Positions 36,345 through 50,643 of a stretch of DNA of 64,000 nt are shown here, piece by piece (positions within the stretch are counted from its first letter, which is position 1; each line of letters starts with the position of its first letter). Location of the stretch: positions 12,154,088 through 12,218,087 of the forward strand of contig NC_134031.1 in NCBI RefSeq assembly GCF_964204645.1, given 5' to 3'. A model generated the notes under the pieces. That model saw only the letters and a list, made by a program, of their open reading frames with translations. It did no database searches and was not told where the DNA came from. This DNA is from Tubulanus polymorphus. Its lineage: Eukaryota > Animalia > Nemertea. The position numbers and the translations under genes are program-made.

Positions 36345-39300
36345 TTCTAGTGATTCAAAAATGTCCAAGAAGGTTTCATTTTCAGTGCGTTCCAGATATG
36401 ACCCTGATGCGGAATCTGTCATCGTTTCTTCAGCCTGGACACGTCAGGGTGAGTTTAATTGCCCTATTCAGTCACCTGACCACTTAAAACGTTATTCCCA
36501 TCTACAAGGATTGCAGCTTAGCAAGATAGAATCGGGTAAAGTCAAAATTCTCATCGGAGCGAATGTTCCGAGGGCCCATATTCAATTAGAAATACGCCAG
36601 AATTCTGAGACTTATTATGATGATCAGCCCATTGGAATACGTACACCACTCGATTGGTGCGTTATGGGGGTATCGTTGAATTGTAGTGTTTCTAGTCGCA
36701 TTTATGTAAATTCTTCCGCTTCTGCTAACGATATTCTCAATGAACAAGTTGAGCGGTTCTGGAAAACTGAATCATTTGGGGTAGTTATTGACGATGAAAG
36801 ACGTTGTCGCTCAGCGGAGGATAAACGCAGTTTTCAGATGTTAGAATCTTCGTGTCATTTGACGAAAGGTCACTGAAGTGTGCATGCTTTGGGGTGACAC
36901 CGAGGCCGTCATGCCAAATAACAGAAGACAAGCAGAATTGAGGTTCAGAAATCTTAAACGTCGCTTAAACAGTGACCCACGTCTCAGAGATGGCTATAGT
37001 AAGACGGTAAACGGTTATATCGAGAAAGGCCATGCGAGAAAAATAACACAGGAAGAGTTGGAATCAACAGGTAAGAAAACTTGGTTTTTACCGCATCATT
37101 GTGTAGTGAACCCGAATAAGCCGGATAAATTCCGTGTTGTCTTTGATGCAGCAGCCCTTCGCAATGGAGTGTCTTTAAACAATCAGCTGATGACAGGTCC
37201 CGACTTGATGAATGGATTATTCAGTGTGTTACAGCGTTTTAGATTAGAAGATGTTGCTATAGTAGCAGACATCGAGGGTATGTTCCATCAAGTTCGGGTG
37301 CCTGAATCAGATTCTAATTCATTGTTGTTTTTGTGGTTAGAAGACATCACGGAAGACCGGTCTCCCGACGGTTATAAAATGACTGTCCACATTTTTGGGG
37401 CAGCCGATTCACCCTGCGCTGCAAACTATTGTGTTAAACGTACTGCGCGAGACAACTGTGAATTATTCAGTGACTTGGCTGTTCAAACAATTTTACATAA
37501 TTTCGATGTTGATGATTTGTTAAAGTCGGTTACAACTACATTTCAGGCTATTGAGTTATCTAAGGAGGTGGCTCAGATTTTGGCTCTTGGGGGCTTTCAT
37601 CTAACAAAGTGGATCAGCAATGACCGCCTTGTGTTAGCAGAAATTTCCAAATCTGAACGAGCTAAGCCACAACTTGACCTCGACTTACATGAGCTGCCGG
37701 TGATACGAGCACTGGGAGTCCGATGGGATGTTGAAGAAGACAACTTCGTTATAAAACCGGTGTCGAAAGATGAGAATCCGACTAAACGTCGTGTTGTGAG
37801 TACTGTGAGTTCGATCTTTGACCCTTTGGGGTTCGTTTCACCATTCACTTTCCGAGCGAAGTGCCTCATCCAAGAGATATGGCGTCACGGGTACCATTGG
37901 GATGATGAAATCAGCGGTGAGCTGTTAATGAAGTGGAAAGAATGGCTCGGTGAACTTCAGGGTTTGTGTGCATTTCAGCTTGGTCGGCATCACCAGAGTC
38001 TCATTGTAGGAGAGTCGATAGTGGAGATGCACATCTTTGCCGATGCTTCGGAGGCTGGGTTTGGTGCTGTCGCTTATTTACACATCCCTTTACCTGATGG
38101 TGAGTTCGTTTGTTCCTTCCTTGCCTCAAAGACCAGAGTTTCCCCCATTAAACCATTTACCATTCCAAAACTGGAGCTAGAAGGTGCAGTGTTAGCAGTT
38201 CTATTGGTAAATAGTTTGAAAGATGCATTACATCAATTGAATTTCCAGCGGGTAATTTACTGGACAGATGCTCTGACTGTTCTCCGGTACATAAATAATA
38301 AAACTACACGGTTCAAGACGTTTGTGTTGAACACACTTACAAAGATTCTACAGAGTAGTGATGCTGAGCAGTGGATGCATGTTCCAACCCATTTAAATCC
38401 TGCTGACGCGTGCACACGTGGTTTGTCCGCTAAAGACATTAGCAGTTCACATTTCATTCAAGGGCCTGATTTCCTGCAAAGTGATGAAAATGAATGGCCT
38501 GATCAAGAAGTCGTTCGAGGCCCTGTTATTGACTCTAATGATGTGAAAAGAATGCCTAAAACAAATATAAATTGTGTTGATTCCACTGTAAATTCTGTTG
38601 TTTGTAATTCTTCTAGTCTTTGGAAGATACCATCTATTGTTGACACAGAAGGTTTTTCCTCATGGATGCAACTAAAAAGGCATGTGGCCTGGGTGTCTAG
38701 AGCCACCTACAAGTCTGCTAAGGCAGTACCACGCCTGAGTAAGTTTTACAATTGTGATGCAACATCCAAGCGCTTGTTGTTTTCTGAAATCGTCGAGGCT
38801 GAAGACTCCTTAATCATTGATGTTCAGTTACGACATTACCCTGAAGAGATTGATGCTATGAGGGCTGGAGTTCCTCTGCCAAAACGCAGTTCTCCTCTTC
38901 CTCTATGTTCGTTTTTTGATGGAAACGTTCTCTGTGTTACCAACCTGGTTATTATGTTTACTCATGATCTGCTCCTACATTCAGGTACAGAGCATGTTAT
39001 ATGACGCTTTCATTATAGTATTACGTAACTTTATCGGTCGTAGGGGTCCACCAGAAGAAATTTTCAGTGACAACGGTACAAATTTCGTAGGCGCTGATCG
39101 CGAATTGTCTCAAGCCATTAATAATTTTAACCAAAACCAGATTCATGAATTTCTCATTCAAAAGAAAATCAAGTGGCATTTCAACCCTCCGTATGCCCCA
39201 CATTTCGGTGGTGCATGGGAAAGATTGGTTAAATCTACAAAAAGGGCTTTGAAAGGTGTTTTAAAGAATCATTTAGTATCTGACTCTGTCTTGCGCACTA

Positions 39301-39738
39301 CACTTATTGAAACAGAAGCTGCAATCAATAGTAGGCCTATAACGCATAACAGTTCACACCCTGATGACTTAACCCCTTTGACTCCGAATCATTCTTTTCC
39401 CTCCTGATATTGTTCACGACAAAGAAATATCAAGTAGAAAACGATGGCGGCAAAGCCAGGTCATTGCTGACCACTTGTGGCGGCGTTGGCTCCGTGAATA
39501 CTTGCCTTCTTTAACTGTCCGGGATAAGTGGACTGAAGAACGACAACAGGTGAAGTGTGGTGATCTGGTAGTACTACAAGATAATGTTTTACCTAGGGGT
39601 CAGTGGGATATGGCCAGGGTAGTTAGAGTATTTCCTGGTGAAGATGGTCGCGTTCGCGCTGCTCAAGTGAGGACTAAGTGTGGTGAGTTCTTGAGGCCTG
39701 TTGCTAAGATTTGTGTTCTGGGAGAACATTGTCAATAA
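36331..39738 (+). pseudogene. BEL/Pao Pol (RT, RNase H, integrase with N-terminal deletion)
   Basis: WFLPHH.V..P.KP.K.RVVFDAA; ADIEGMFHQV; DVDDLL; HIFADASE; TIPKLELEGA; SDNGTNFVGA; PHFGGAWERLVKS; WRRWLREYLP; RPVAKIC. Confidence 0.93.
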
Positions 39739-40791
39739 CTATAATATAATTAGTCAATATATTTGTTGAAAATTCATATTTGATTGAAGATTTAATGGGA
39801 CTTATTCTATGATCATTCATGTTTCTTTATTGTAGCTTATTGACGTCATTATATGGCGTCAAGGGGGTGCCATGTTCGCGATTGAATCCTTTTTTGTCTA
39901 TGTGTGGTGTTTAATCTTTTGTCTTTGTTTGATGTGTATGTTTATTTCAGTGTGTCTAATCTTTCAATGTGTATAGATTTGGTATGGATTTGGATTTCGA
40001 TATTGTATGGGTTGTATCAGAAATGCACAAAAGGATTATTTTTGTATTCAGAACTGTTCAATTTGGTACTGGCTATTTTCGGTTCTTAACCACTATTACA
40101 CGCTTACAGTTCCCAGTTGTATATAGTTCTCCTCTAGGATGTGCTGGGCATTCGCCCCAGGGATTTCATAGTCGCAGCTAGTCTACAAAGTTGTAAGTCA
40201 AATGTCATAATGTACGCAGTATCGAATTGGTTTTCCGGATTCACTTGATTCCGTTAGCAAATTATTTAATACCTATATGCGCTTTGTATTTTGTAGTTAA
40301 CGTTACGTGTCTTATGTGTTTTACGTGTCTTATGTGTTACGTGTTATGTGTTACGTGGTGTCCTACGTATGTGTTATGTGGTGTTGTGTTAATAAATGTA
40401 ACAGTTAAATCGATGACTGGCTTTGTGATCCCTGGTTGACTTCTGTCGCCTCTGTCATGCGACACAAATATATGATTATTTTCAATCTAATACACTTATA
40501 TGTAATGATTGCTACACAATAAAGTTTATTTCATGTTGATATCCATGGTAATTCAGTTTCGATTCGATTCCGATTTGAACAATGCAGCAACCCATCAAAA
40601 GACGAGAATTTCGTTGCCAAAATTGCAATTACCGAAATTAAGTTGCGATATCCTAGAATGGTCATCCTTGTGGGATTTGTTCGAATCTACAGTCGACAAC
40701 CAACATTCGCTGAGTTACGTCAAAAAGTTTGGTCATCTGAAATGCCATTTAGGCAGTGACGCTAGGCTTGTTATTGAAGGTCTGCCTTTAA

Positions 40792-42421
40792 CACGTTGAC
40801 TGTCACTCAAAAAATTTTTTTTTCTCAACATTGCCAATTTCACCAATCAACAAAAAGTAGGCGGAAACCACATATATTAATTTTTATTGCATTTAATGCA
40901 TGTATTACACCTATTATATGGTGAAAACAGAGTTGAATCCAGGAAGAAAGCCACTAAATATTTGGATGGATATATGAAAGCTGTGGGTACTGGAGTGTGT
41001 AATGGGTAGTGTAGCGTGATCTGTGTGCATTTGTGGCCAGTACACAGATCACATTGTTCATTGGGGTTTAGTCCAGGACTCGCGAGATTTTCAACAACAC
41101 GGAAGTAACGTGTAATAAATGATGACTTGAATTGCATGACTACCTACCACCCCTCATTATTGTTGGAAAAGTAAACGTTCCGCACTGACTAAAAATTAGT
41201 AATAATAATTAATTACATTTTAGAAATGGCCAGAATTTTAACTTAGGTTCTATCTCATTTTTATTTTACAATTGCGATTGGTATAAATTTTTTCTTCATG
41301 TTTCGTCTGCAATTCACTGCAAATAGTTACGCAACTACGCACCTTTCAGTGTTTTTGGCAGCTGTACACTCAATCGGCACCGTTCGTGACTAGCTTCACT
41401 GCGGAATTATCATTAATTAACATCGCCATATCACATCATCAACTTATATTGTGCCTTAAACCCTAACAGCCGAAATAATTGAAATACACACACGATTTCT
41501 ATCATTGAAAATTGAGAGAGTGGCCGTGTTTGTGTTCTGCTGCTTCATGTGAATCCCGCGCGGTGGCACCACCGAGCGGATTGGGGCCGATACGTCGAGT
41601 CTCGTAGTTGGCAGTGGTGGTAAACGTTTTATACCAGTTGCCAGCTACGAGACTCGTAGTTGGCAAAATAATTGGTTTGCACATACTGGAAATGAGCATT
41701 GTCAATGCACATATGATGTACAATGATGCAAATGACTCAATTCAGATATTAGCTTTCCGTGAAGCCATCGTCAAACATTTGCTTGCCGACATCCCCGCCT
41801 TGGCACCAGTTGCATTAGTTCCCCCTCCCCTAAACCCAGATGTTCCAGCAGCATTTCACTATCTTGCATGTGTTCCCCCATCAGATAGAAAGCAATACCC
41901 CACAAAGCCATGTCGCATTTGCAGAAGAGATGGTAACCGCAAAGAAACACGTTACGTTTGTGATGTCTGTCCTGGAAAACCAGCATTATGTGTAACCCCT
42001 TGTTTCAGGAGATGCCATGTACAAAACTAAAGAAATGCCATGACAACAATGCTATAATTTCTATCGTACTATGTTTATTATCGATTCACAGTGAGGTGAA
42101 TCATTTCTTTCCAATTAGGAAAGGTATTTGATAAGCGTTTGATGCCTTATAAACTTTGATGTGAAAATTATCACGTAATATAATTTGATTTTTTAGATGT
42201 TCATAAATAAATAAAGAATTGATAAAAAAAGTTAGTTATTCATTTTTTAAAAATTACTTGTTTATCTGAGTTGCCAGACTTCGATTTATGTTGTTATCCA
42301 CATTGCCAAACAGAAAAAAAAAATGAATTCATTCACTCCGGGCTTACTACGAGATATCTCGTAGTGGCAAGGAGCGGTACACCTGCTACTACGAGATATC
42401 TCATTGATGGCAGTCAACGTG
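40792..42421 (+). mobile_element. piggyBac deletion derivative
   Basis: TTAA on both sides; TIR CACGTTGACTGTCA / TGGCAGTCAACGTG; subterminal CTACGAGA-type palindromes. Confidence 0.93.
41665..42030 (+). pseudogene. piggyBac transposase C-terminus with Cys-rich domain
   Basis: LEMSIVNAHMMY...LAFREAIVKHLL...KPCRICRRDGNRKETRYVCDVCPGKPALCVTPCFRRCH. Confidence 0.9.
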
Positions 42422-44759
42422 TTAACTTCCATTAATTTTTTTAAGCTAAACAACTCTTGAAGGAAAGATTTGGCGTTTCTCATAAGATAAGCGGGGCCAA
42501 TTTGAACCAACTAGTTGATTTAGAACCTCCAGTCTAAAGTTTAAATTCGTTGCGACGTTTTTATGATAATTTAGAGCTGCATATCCGAAGTCTTGAATCG
42601 TTGAAGGTCGGGGCCGAGTCTTATGGTACACTTCTCTTTCCTATTATCATGAATAAATTGCCCGCTGAGGTAAAGCAGAACATTGCGCTTGCGAATGGGA
42701 GGTGCGAATTTGAATCGTCTGTGTTACGTTCTGCGATATTAGATGAAATTAATATTCTCAAGTTCTGCGATACGTCATCAGCCGGAACGACGACGTCACT
42801 TCTCGTCGACAATAATATCACAAAGAATGTCCATGATTATAATCGTGTGAAGTTTAAATGTCGTTTTTGTCAGTCGAATGACCATTACCCTACGGCTTGT
42901 GGGCTATATATTGAACCGCAGGCTAGGCTGAATTTTGTTTTATGAAACAAGTTACATTTCAATTGTCTTGGTGCTCATAGAATGAATAAATGTTCGTCAA
43001 AGGGTTCATGTAGAGTTTGTAACAAACGACATCATACTAGTATTCATGGGGCAGAATTTCCAGGCCGTTGAAAGTTCAAGTTCATTCTGTTAATTCGAAA
43101 GCTGGGCCCTCACGTCCACTGGTAACTAAAACTCCATGTGAATTACAACATGGTAAAACGTCTAATAACGTTTCTAATTCAGATTCAGGGTTTTCAGATA
43201 AAGCTGGTATTGATGTTCACCGCCATCAGTTTCTGAATTTAATCATCTTTCCGAGGTTGAGGGTGGTGTTTCCACTACAATATATTTGAAGACTGCTGTA
43301 GCACCGGTGGAGAGTTAAGGTACTCGTCTTAATGCTCACATACTATTAGATGATGGATCACATCGTACTTTTGTTACGTCGGCATTAGTTCACCAGCTAG
43401 GTGTTAAATCTGACATAGTTTTGAATCCGTTGATTTGAGTGGGTTCGGTGCTGTCAGTACTGGGTCTAGAGTAGTTGACGTCGTTTGGATCAATATTGTT
43501 TGTATTATTGATAAATTAGTTGTTTCTGTAGAAGCTATCGTTGTATCGGAGATAACCAGACCACTCAGAGTTTCTAACGGTTCAGTTAATTGCATACCTG
43601 AATTTTAAGGTTTGAATTTTGCCCATCCGCCGGGGTACAGTTCTAGTTCCTTTGATATCTCATTATTCATTGGATCTAATAATTACTACCTTTTTGTTCT
43701 TAGTAATCAGTTGATTAAATCTGCAAGTGGTCCGGTTGCTGTTCCGTCGAAATTGGGTCATTTGGTTGCGGGTGGGTGTAACGGTGATGACGTAAGCAAT
43801 TCTGTTCAATTGTCTTTAATTGCTGAACCTGACACTTTCGATTTCAGACGTTTCTGGTCTCTAGAAATGTTGGGTCACCTTCTGACCATATTTTTCTGGA
43901 TGAATTCTGTAGTAAGTATTTCATTTTAGTAGACGGGAGATACAGGGTTAATTTGCCTTGGAAAGATAATCACGGCATACTACCCACAAACTATAATGTT
44001 TTCAAAGCTAGAACTCGCTCTACGGTTCGCCGCATCGCTAAAACCGAAAATCTGTTGGAGAAATATAGTGCTCTAATTACTGATCAATTGTCATGTGGGT
44101 TTATTGAGCCCGTTAAAATTCCCTCCGTTTCTAGCACTCGTGATCATTATAATCCTCATCACCAGGTTTTCAGACAGTCATCTACTACTCTGATTCGTAT
44201 TATTTTCGATTGCAGCTGCCGACAGGTGTTCCATATCTCTTAATGACTGCCTGGAAGCTGGGCCACCGTTGCTGAACGATATTACTTCTATTTTGATGGG
44301 TTTCCGTTTTTCAATTTTGGGATTGCCACCGACATCGAGAAAGCATTCCTGCAGATTGAATTAAGTCCTGATGATTGTGATTCAACCAGATGTTTTTGGT
44401 TGAGTGACGCTAGAGATCCGGAGAACGAGTTTACTTTATATAGATTCAAGCATATCTCGTTCGGGGCTACATGCTCGCCCTTTTTATTGAATAGTTCCAT
44501 TCCATTGTTCCAGAGTGAACTTTCTCAACAACTTCTGAGAGACATATATGCTGATAACATTGTATCGAGTGTTCGAACTGAGTCGGATGCTCTGTGTTTT
44601 TTCCATGGTTCTAGACAATGTTTCTCGGAAGTCAATTTCCGACGAATGTGAGATCCGTGCTCCAAGCCTAACATGTCTCCCCTTGATTAAATCAAAAAAT
44701 ATTTATGAAAATCTGTGTCTATTGACATGATCTCCGTGAAGCACTATACGTGTTGCGCC

Positions 44760-45320
44760 CTAAAACACCCGCCCGGTATGGCACAAACAAGATATTCAAA
44801 ATGGCTGTCATGGCAACCATATTTGATAACCAATAACCTCTATCTTAAATAGGATCTCTGGACAACGGAGGCCAGACCACCTGATTCCTGTATACCCCCT
44901 ACATTTAGTAGCGGTGGTATAATTAGGAATACGAATCGTTAGAAGATTTTCAGCGTTGCTCAGACTAAAAGTTCAACTGTTTTGAACTAGCTCGCTTCAC
45001 CACACATCAACACAGAATTCTCAAAAAAAGTAAAGGAACCAAGACCTTGTTAATGCAATTAAGTATTTGAACTCATTTGCAAGGTTAGAGCTACCGAAAT
45101 GCTGACCAGTTAACCAAGAAAGCTGGTAGCAGAATGAACTATGAAAAATGTGTAAGAACTGCTGATTTTGGCAAAACAATGGCTGCCAGTCATAAATCAA
45201 ATATCATGACAATCCTTTCAAGAGTTTTCAAAACCTCCCAAAATAACTAGATTATGTCTACGAATAGATGGACGGATGACGGATGAAAATCCCATTCTGG
45301 GACGAAAGTTCCATGTTGGC
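44760..45320. repeat. Helentron/DINE-like fragments
   Basis: A TATACCCCC...GGTGGTATAA terminal hairpin at ~44890-44921, and 45150-45320 resembles the end of the 2058-3460 family. Another piece lies at ~46240-46400. Confidence 0.55.
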
Positions 45321-45713
45321 AGAACCACGCACACTTTTTATAACAATTTGCACAATCATCAAGCCTATGCATTTGATACAACACTTACCTTCATCAACGA
45401 TCCTGCGTTAGCTTTGAGTATTTTATCAGGAGAACTCATGAAGAAACGATGACCTCGCGGACATTCATATTCGATACCAATGAACACTTTCAAACTTATT
45501 TCCCCAGAATCTGCAGTGACAAAAATTTCAATTAAATTTCACCAGTCACAAAATGGGTACAAGAGCCCCATGGGGTAGAAGCTATGGTATGGAAATACTG
45601 CTAAAATTAAAATAGCATCTTTGACGCGTCAAATTCACTTCATTTAAAATTCAATCTTATTTTATAATACATCTGTTGTTTTTTTCTCATCTGATTGCTT
45701 TACCTGTCCTTCG

Positions 45714-45905
45714 CAGGGGCGGATCTAGGGTTGTCTTGTGGGAGGGGTCTGTTAGAGATTCATGTAAAGCACTCACAATGGCACACACCATGGGTGCAAA
45801 AATTTTGAGCGCAGTATTAGGTGTGACACACAGGGTGGCTGAGTAGGTTATTGCAGGTGGGGGAGGGGCCCTGGTCCCACAGGCCGCACCCTAGATCCAC
45901 CGCTG
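45714..45905. mobile_element. 192-bp hAT-like MITE with 5-bp TSD
   Basis: TIR CAGGGGCGGATCTAGGG / CCCTAGATCCACCGCTG. CTTCG is duplicated at 45709-45713 and 45906-45910. Confidence 0.8.
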
Positions 45906-47118
45906 CTTCGAAAGCTCTTCATTTTATGGCAGCTGTTACAATTCAATGTAAAATTGTGTATACACAATATACATTACGGACTAGTGGCCGCTTGTCAACA
46001 ACCTGTCCCCCAAAGAAACTTTGGGCAATATAATAGACCATTGAAGGGTTTGTGTTGGCAGTAGGGAATCAAACCCTTGCAAGCAAGGAATGGATGAAGG
46101 TCTCTGAATTCAGGCATGAATTACACCAAAAACCCTAGTGTCTGATAAGGATTGAAGAGCAAAAGGTAAAAAAACCAAAATCAGTTGAACTTTTTGGGAA
46201 CAATAAAAGGTCACACATGGCCGAGTTGTGTCCGACTGACGCATTTCGTAAGCTGATGGCCCCTTGGGAGATACAAATATAAGAATGATTAATTGATTGA
46301 TCAAAGCAACTTCAAAAGTACCTTGAAAAATTTTTTTTAAATGTGTTAAAAGTGTGCTGATTTTGGCGAACAAGAATGACCACCAGTCGGCCATCTTCAT
46401 TCCGACACTTTTTTTTCCATTACTCGCTCGGATTAGAATCCCACGACTTAAAAGACCTGTAGAGAAAATACAGCACAGAGAAAAGAGACCAGCATTTGCA
46501 CTCAGGCCTGCAAGCATTAGCACAGTGACTTACTGCTAGATCACTGAGGCAGCCAAAATACAGTTGGAATGTTTAACCTACATATATAGCCTTCAACCTA
46601 ACTTTAACCTAAACCCTCTGGACCCTATAGATGCATATAAAATGCATTATGAAATGAGAAAACATTTTGAATAAAGTGAATTTTTGATGCGTAATTTGAT
46701 AGCCTGTTTCTCCTGATAGCCTGATCAACCTGTTTTTCATATTCAGCAAAATGTATACGCTAGGGGCGCTCCTCAAGTGAATTCTTCTGTTCAGTCACCT
46801 CAACTATGCGTTTTTAGTGGATCTGAACATAAAGGGGAAGTATCATATATACAGTGGCGCCAGGAGGTCAAAGGTCTCATCCGCAATGAATCATTGAATG
46901 AAGCAATGTGTACGCGACTAATTCGCGGGTCGCTGAGAGGTTTTGTGCTCAGAATACTTACCAACCTGTATGTATTGTATTGTATTGTATATCTATTTTA
47001 TTATTGTGACATGTAGTTATAAGTCTTCTTTACCAACACATAATATATACATTTCAACACTACCCAGCCCTCAACAGGCTTATAAGTCACCATTAATTAG
47101 ATTTATTCATAAATATAT

Positions 47119-50100
47119 TCAAGTGGCACTGAAAGTACATGAACTCCTTTTACTCCAACATTGTTCAATAAAGGTTGCTAGAGTTATTTGATAGTTAGCC
47201 ATTAATATTTGAAACTGTTGTTGTTTTGTTAGTTCTTTGAAGTCATGCACCTCCTGTGACATATCTACAAAAAGTTTATACCGTTCTTGTTCGTATTTCT
47301 TACATGGCATAATAAAGTGAAATTCATCTTCAACGCATGCTTCAGGTCTACAAAAGTTACATACGCGTTCCTCAACCCTTTTACCCCTTAACCAACCCAA
47401 TTCTATTTCCAAACCCAGGACACCACACCTTAGCTGTGCTAATAAGCTTCTCTTCTTTCTTGACATAAAATTCATAATATAACTTTCAGCCCCGAAAGTA
47501 TTCTTAAATGTTATATACGTGCGTAATTTTGGTTTATTATTAACTTCAGAAATCCACTGCTCACTAATTGATAATTCAATACACCTTTGTGCGTACTTCA
47601 TATCAACTCGTTGTAAATTATCTATAAAATTATTATTTAAACCGAGGCTTCGACATAAGTTACCAAAATCTCGGAACCAACCAATATTCAAATCACGTAA
47701 TTGGAGAAATATACGTTTAGTGAGTCTATCATCCGTCATAGCGATAAGTCTATTCCAAAGACGGAAAATTTCAAAATAACGCTTATACTTAGCTGGATAC
47801 CATCCAAAGTCACCCTGCATTGCCGCAATGGGGGTTAATGACCCCACACTAATGGCTAATGGCTCTAGTTTGCATCCTTCTATCAGTTTATTATTCTTAA
47901 AACCCCACACACCGGCTCCGTAACTAAGTATAGGGTCCACAAATGATTCATATAGTTTAGTGAACGTTTTATAAGCGATATCATACTGTGATTTTAACTT
48001 ATACATTAATTTCCCTAAAGCTCTGCCTCCAGAATTAGACAGAATTAGACAGGACAGTTGTATGATCATTGAAGTTTAATGTACTGTCTAGCCAAACGCC
48101 GAGATATTTATAAGAATTTACTTGTAATTGATTCATTTCGCCACTTAAATTCAAATAGGGTTTGCAATTTACTTTTTGCTCTAAACTGAACCACTGCCGT
48201 TTTCTCTAGATTGATTGCTAATGCCCATTTTCTGCACCAACGTTCAAAAATATCAATCAGATTTTGTAATTTTTCTTTACTGTCAGCAATTAATACTATG
48301 TCATCTGCGTAGGCTAGGCAATTTACAGAAAATGTATTTTCACTTGTTGCATTCAACTCTATAATTACATCATTTAAGAATATGTTACACAGGGTCGGAG
48401 AAGCTGGGTCGCCCTGTTTTACACCGTTTGAATAGTTAAACCATTCACTGTAGTGGGTGTTATTTAACCTAATACATGATACCGTATTTGAATAGAGGCT
48501 TTTGATAGCTTTGTATATTTTACCTCGCAGCCCAATACGTGCGAGTTTAAGTAGTAGTAAGTCACGATCGATAAAATCCAAACATTTTTGCAGGTCAATG
48601 AAACAACAAAAAGTATCTTTCTTATTTTGCCTATTTATCTCAATCATACTAGTTAAAGAAAATATATGGTCAGTACAGGACCGCTTTTGGTCGAAAACCA
48701 TTTTGTGAATTGGAAATAATATCCAAACGTTCACAGTAATTTTTATTATTTAAAATTGACGTATAGACTTTACTGACACACGATGCTAGAGCAATACAAC
48801 GATAGTTCAATGGTAGAAAAGGATCTTTGCCTCCTCCCTTGGGTATCGGTGAAATGATACCTTTGCACCAATCACTGGGGACTTTTTGAGTTTCAAAACA
48901 GTAATTCATTAATTTCAACATAACAGTCTCAATACTTTTATGATTAAAGATTTCATTTGGTATTCCATCAACTCCTGTGGCTTTGCCATTTTTCAACACT
49001 CTACACACATTGATATATTCTGTCAGCGTTATTACATCATTTTCCAATAATTCAGAGCATTCGGTCATTTCGTTTTCGGTATCTAGCTTCTCTTTAATTA
49101 ATTCATCATAAGCGTGTTCATTTATTTCTACCACTGACTTTTTATACAACGATTCAAAATCATCTTTCCACCTATCTAAAACATATTTTGTATCATAAAC
49201 CATTTCTCCATCCATATTTTTAATACCTATTGGTGTTTTTTTAACAGTGGAAGAACGTGGACCCAATCCATTGACTTTTTCCCAGAATTTCCTTGGGTTG
49301 TTTGTACTAATAACTTCAAGATCCAAAATTTGCTGTCTTTTATATCGTCTTTCTTTAACCCGGAGCAACTTATCAAATTTACGACGTGCAAATTTAAAAT
49401 CAGATCTAAGAGTTTGTCTTTGCTGGTGCGAACCTCTAAACCTATTGAACTTTTTTTCGAAGTAAACCATATTTGACCAGGCGGTATTCAACTCTTTATC
49501 CCAATATGGTTTTGTATTTTTGATAGACTTCTTAGAAAATTTTGAGAGATCTCTAGACTGGAGAAAGGCATCCATTTCTCTGGTTATAACCATACATAAA
49601 TTGTTATATATTACATCTATATCATATTGTTCATTTTCCGCTTGTTCAATATTATTACAAATTATCTCTAATGCATTGACAAATATTTCATTTGACATGA
49701 ATTCTGCTGGCACCTGATTAAACCAATAACATTTACGTGACTGTGCATTTCCCGACCTCATATCATTGTTTTGATGCAGATCATTTTTACACCGATTCAG
49801 ATTTAATAAAACCAATGTTAATTTTAACATCGCGTGGTCAGGCGGTTCACTTCTATTTGATATGAGAGTCTCTGCATGCGCATCTTTCACAAGATCTAAT
49901 GGGAGTTTCACAGAAAAGTCAGAAACTTTTTCGAACTGATCATAGGGCAAGGCGACATAGTCAACGACTGATCACCCTTTTCCCGAAATGCTTGTAAAAT
50001 TGTTCGAATGTTCTTTGAAACGACCGTTCAGTACACACAATTGAGCGTCATTTAATAGTTCAACGAAAGAGTTACCATGTGCATTTGATTGTTTATCTAC

Positions 50101-50643
50101 AACTGTACGGACCGGTACTGATACATCCGGACAACTAATATCGTTCTGTTCACCTATTCTCGCATTGAAATCTCCACACAGAAGAATGACATCGCTTCCC
50201 GAGTTCAAATAGATAGTTGATAGAATATTACTTAAAAATTGAGTGGAGTTGCGACCCCATGGTGAACCTTCGGGAGGTAGGTACGCGTTTATCAACACAA
50301 TATCAAATTTTGTAATTTTATCCTCTAGATGAATAATAAGTAAACCATCAACAGATTTTTCGATTGACTTTACATTGAAAACACTTAACAGATCATTTTG
50401 TATGAGAATACCAATTCCACCATGGTTTATCGCTGCGTCATTATGTTTCAACAGTCTACTGTGAGGTATCCACGTATAGTATTCAATGTCTATGCTGTCT
50501 GTTTCATTGTTATTTAAATGTGTCTCCTGCAGACACACAATATCAGGATCCTGGTTTTTTATGATAGCCTTTCTCAGATCACTGTTAAAAGTTGTCCACC
50601 CATTAACATTCCACGAACAAATGGTTAAAGACTGGGCACTGTC
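47119..50643 (-). pseudogene. LINE ORF2: AP endonuclease, RT and C-terminal CCHC finger (frameshifted)
   Basis: SWNVNG, CLQETHL, GDFNARIG, SVVDY, PDH; KATGVDGIPNE, NYRCIAL, QNGFR, GVKQGDPASPTL, LAYADDIVL; RVCNFC...VEDEFHFIMPC. Confidence 0.93.

Larger units (their letters stand above)
34493..40466 (+). mobile_element. BEL/Pao LTR retrotransposon, 5'-truncated, with 3' LTR at ~39873-40466
   Basis: Gag, protease, RT, RNase H and integrase in BEL order. PPT AAGGGGG is followed by TGTTCG...AATAAA...ACA. Confidence 0.93.
40560..44650 (+). mobile_element. Second, more decayed BEL/Pao element split by piggyBac
   Basis: LPKLQLPK...WDLFESTV (Gag) resumes after 42425 (LRRFYDNLELHIRSLESL...CRFCQSNDH). 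Protease LLDDGSHRTF; RT PHHQV.RQSSTT.IRIIFDCS, DIEKAFLQI, FGATCSPFLL, IYADNI. Confidence 0.88.

Noticed and set aside
46777-47016. Domesticated PNMA-like host gene
   Set aside because: The Gag continues past the LINE into zinc knuckle, protease and RT with stops, so it is a decayed Gypsy element.
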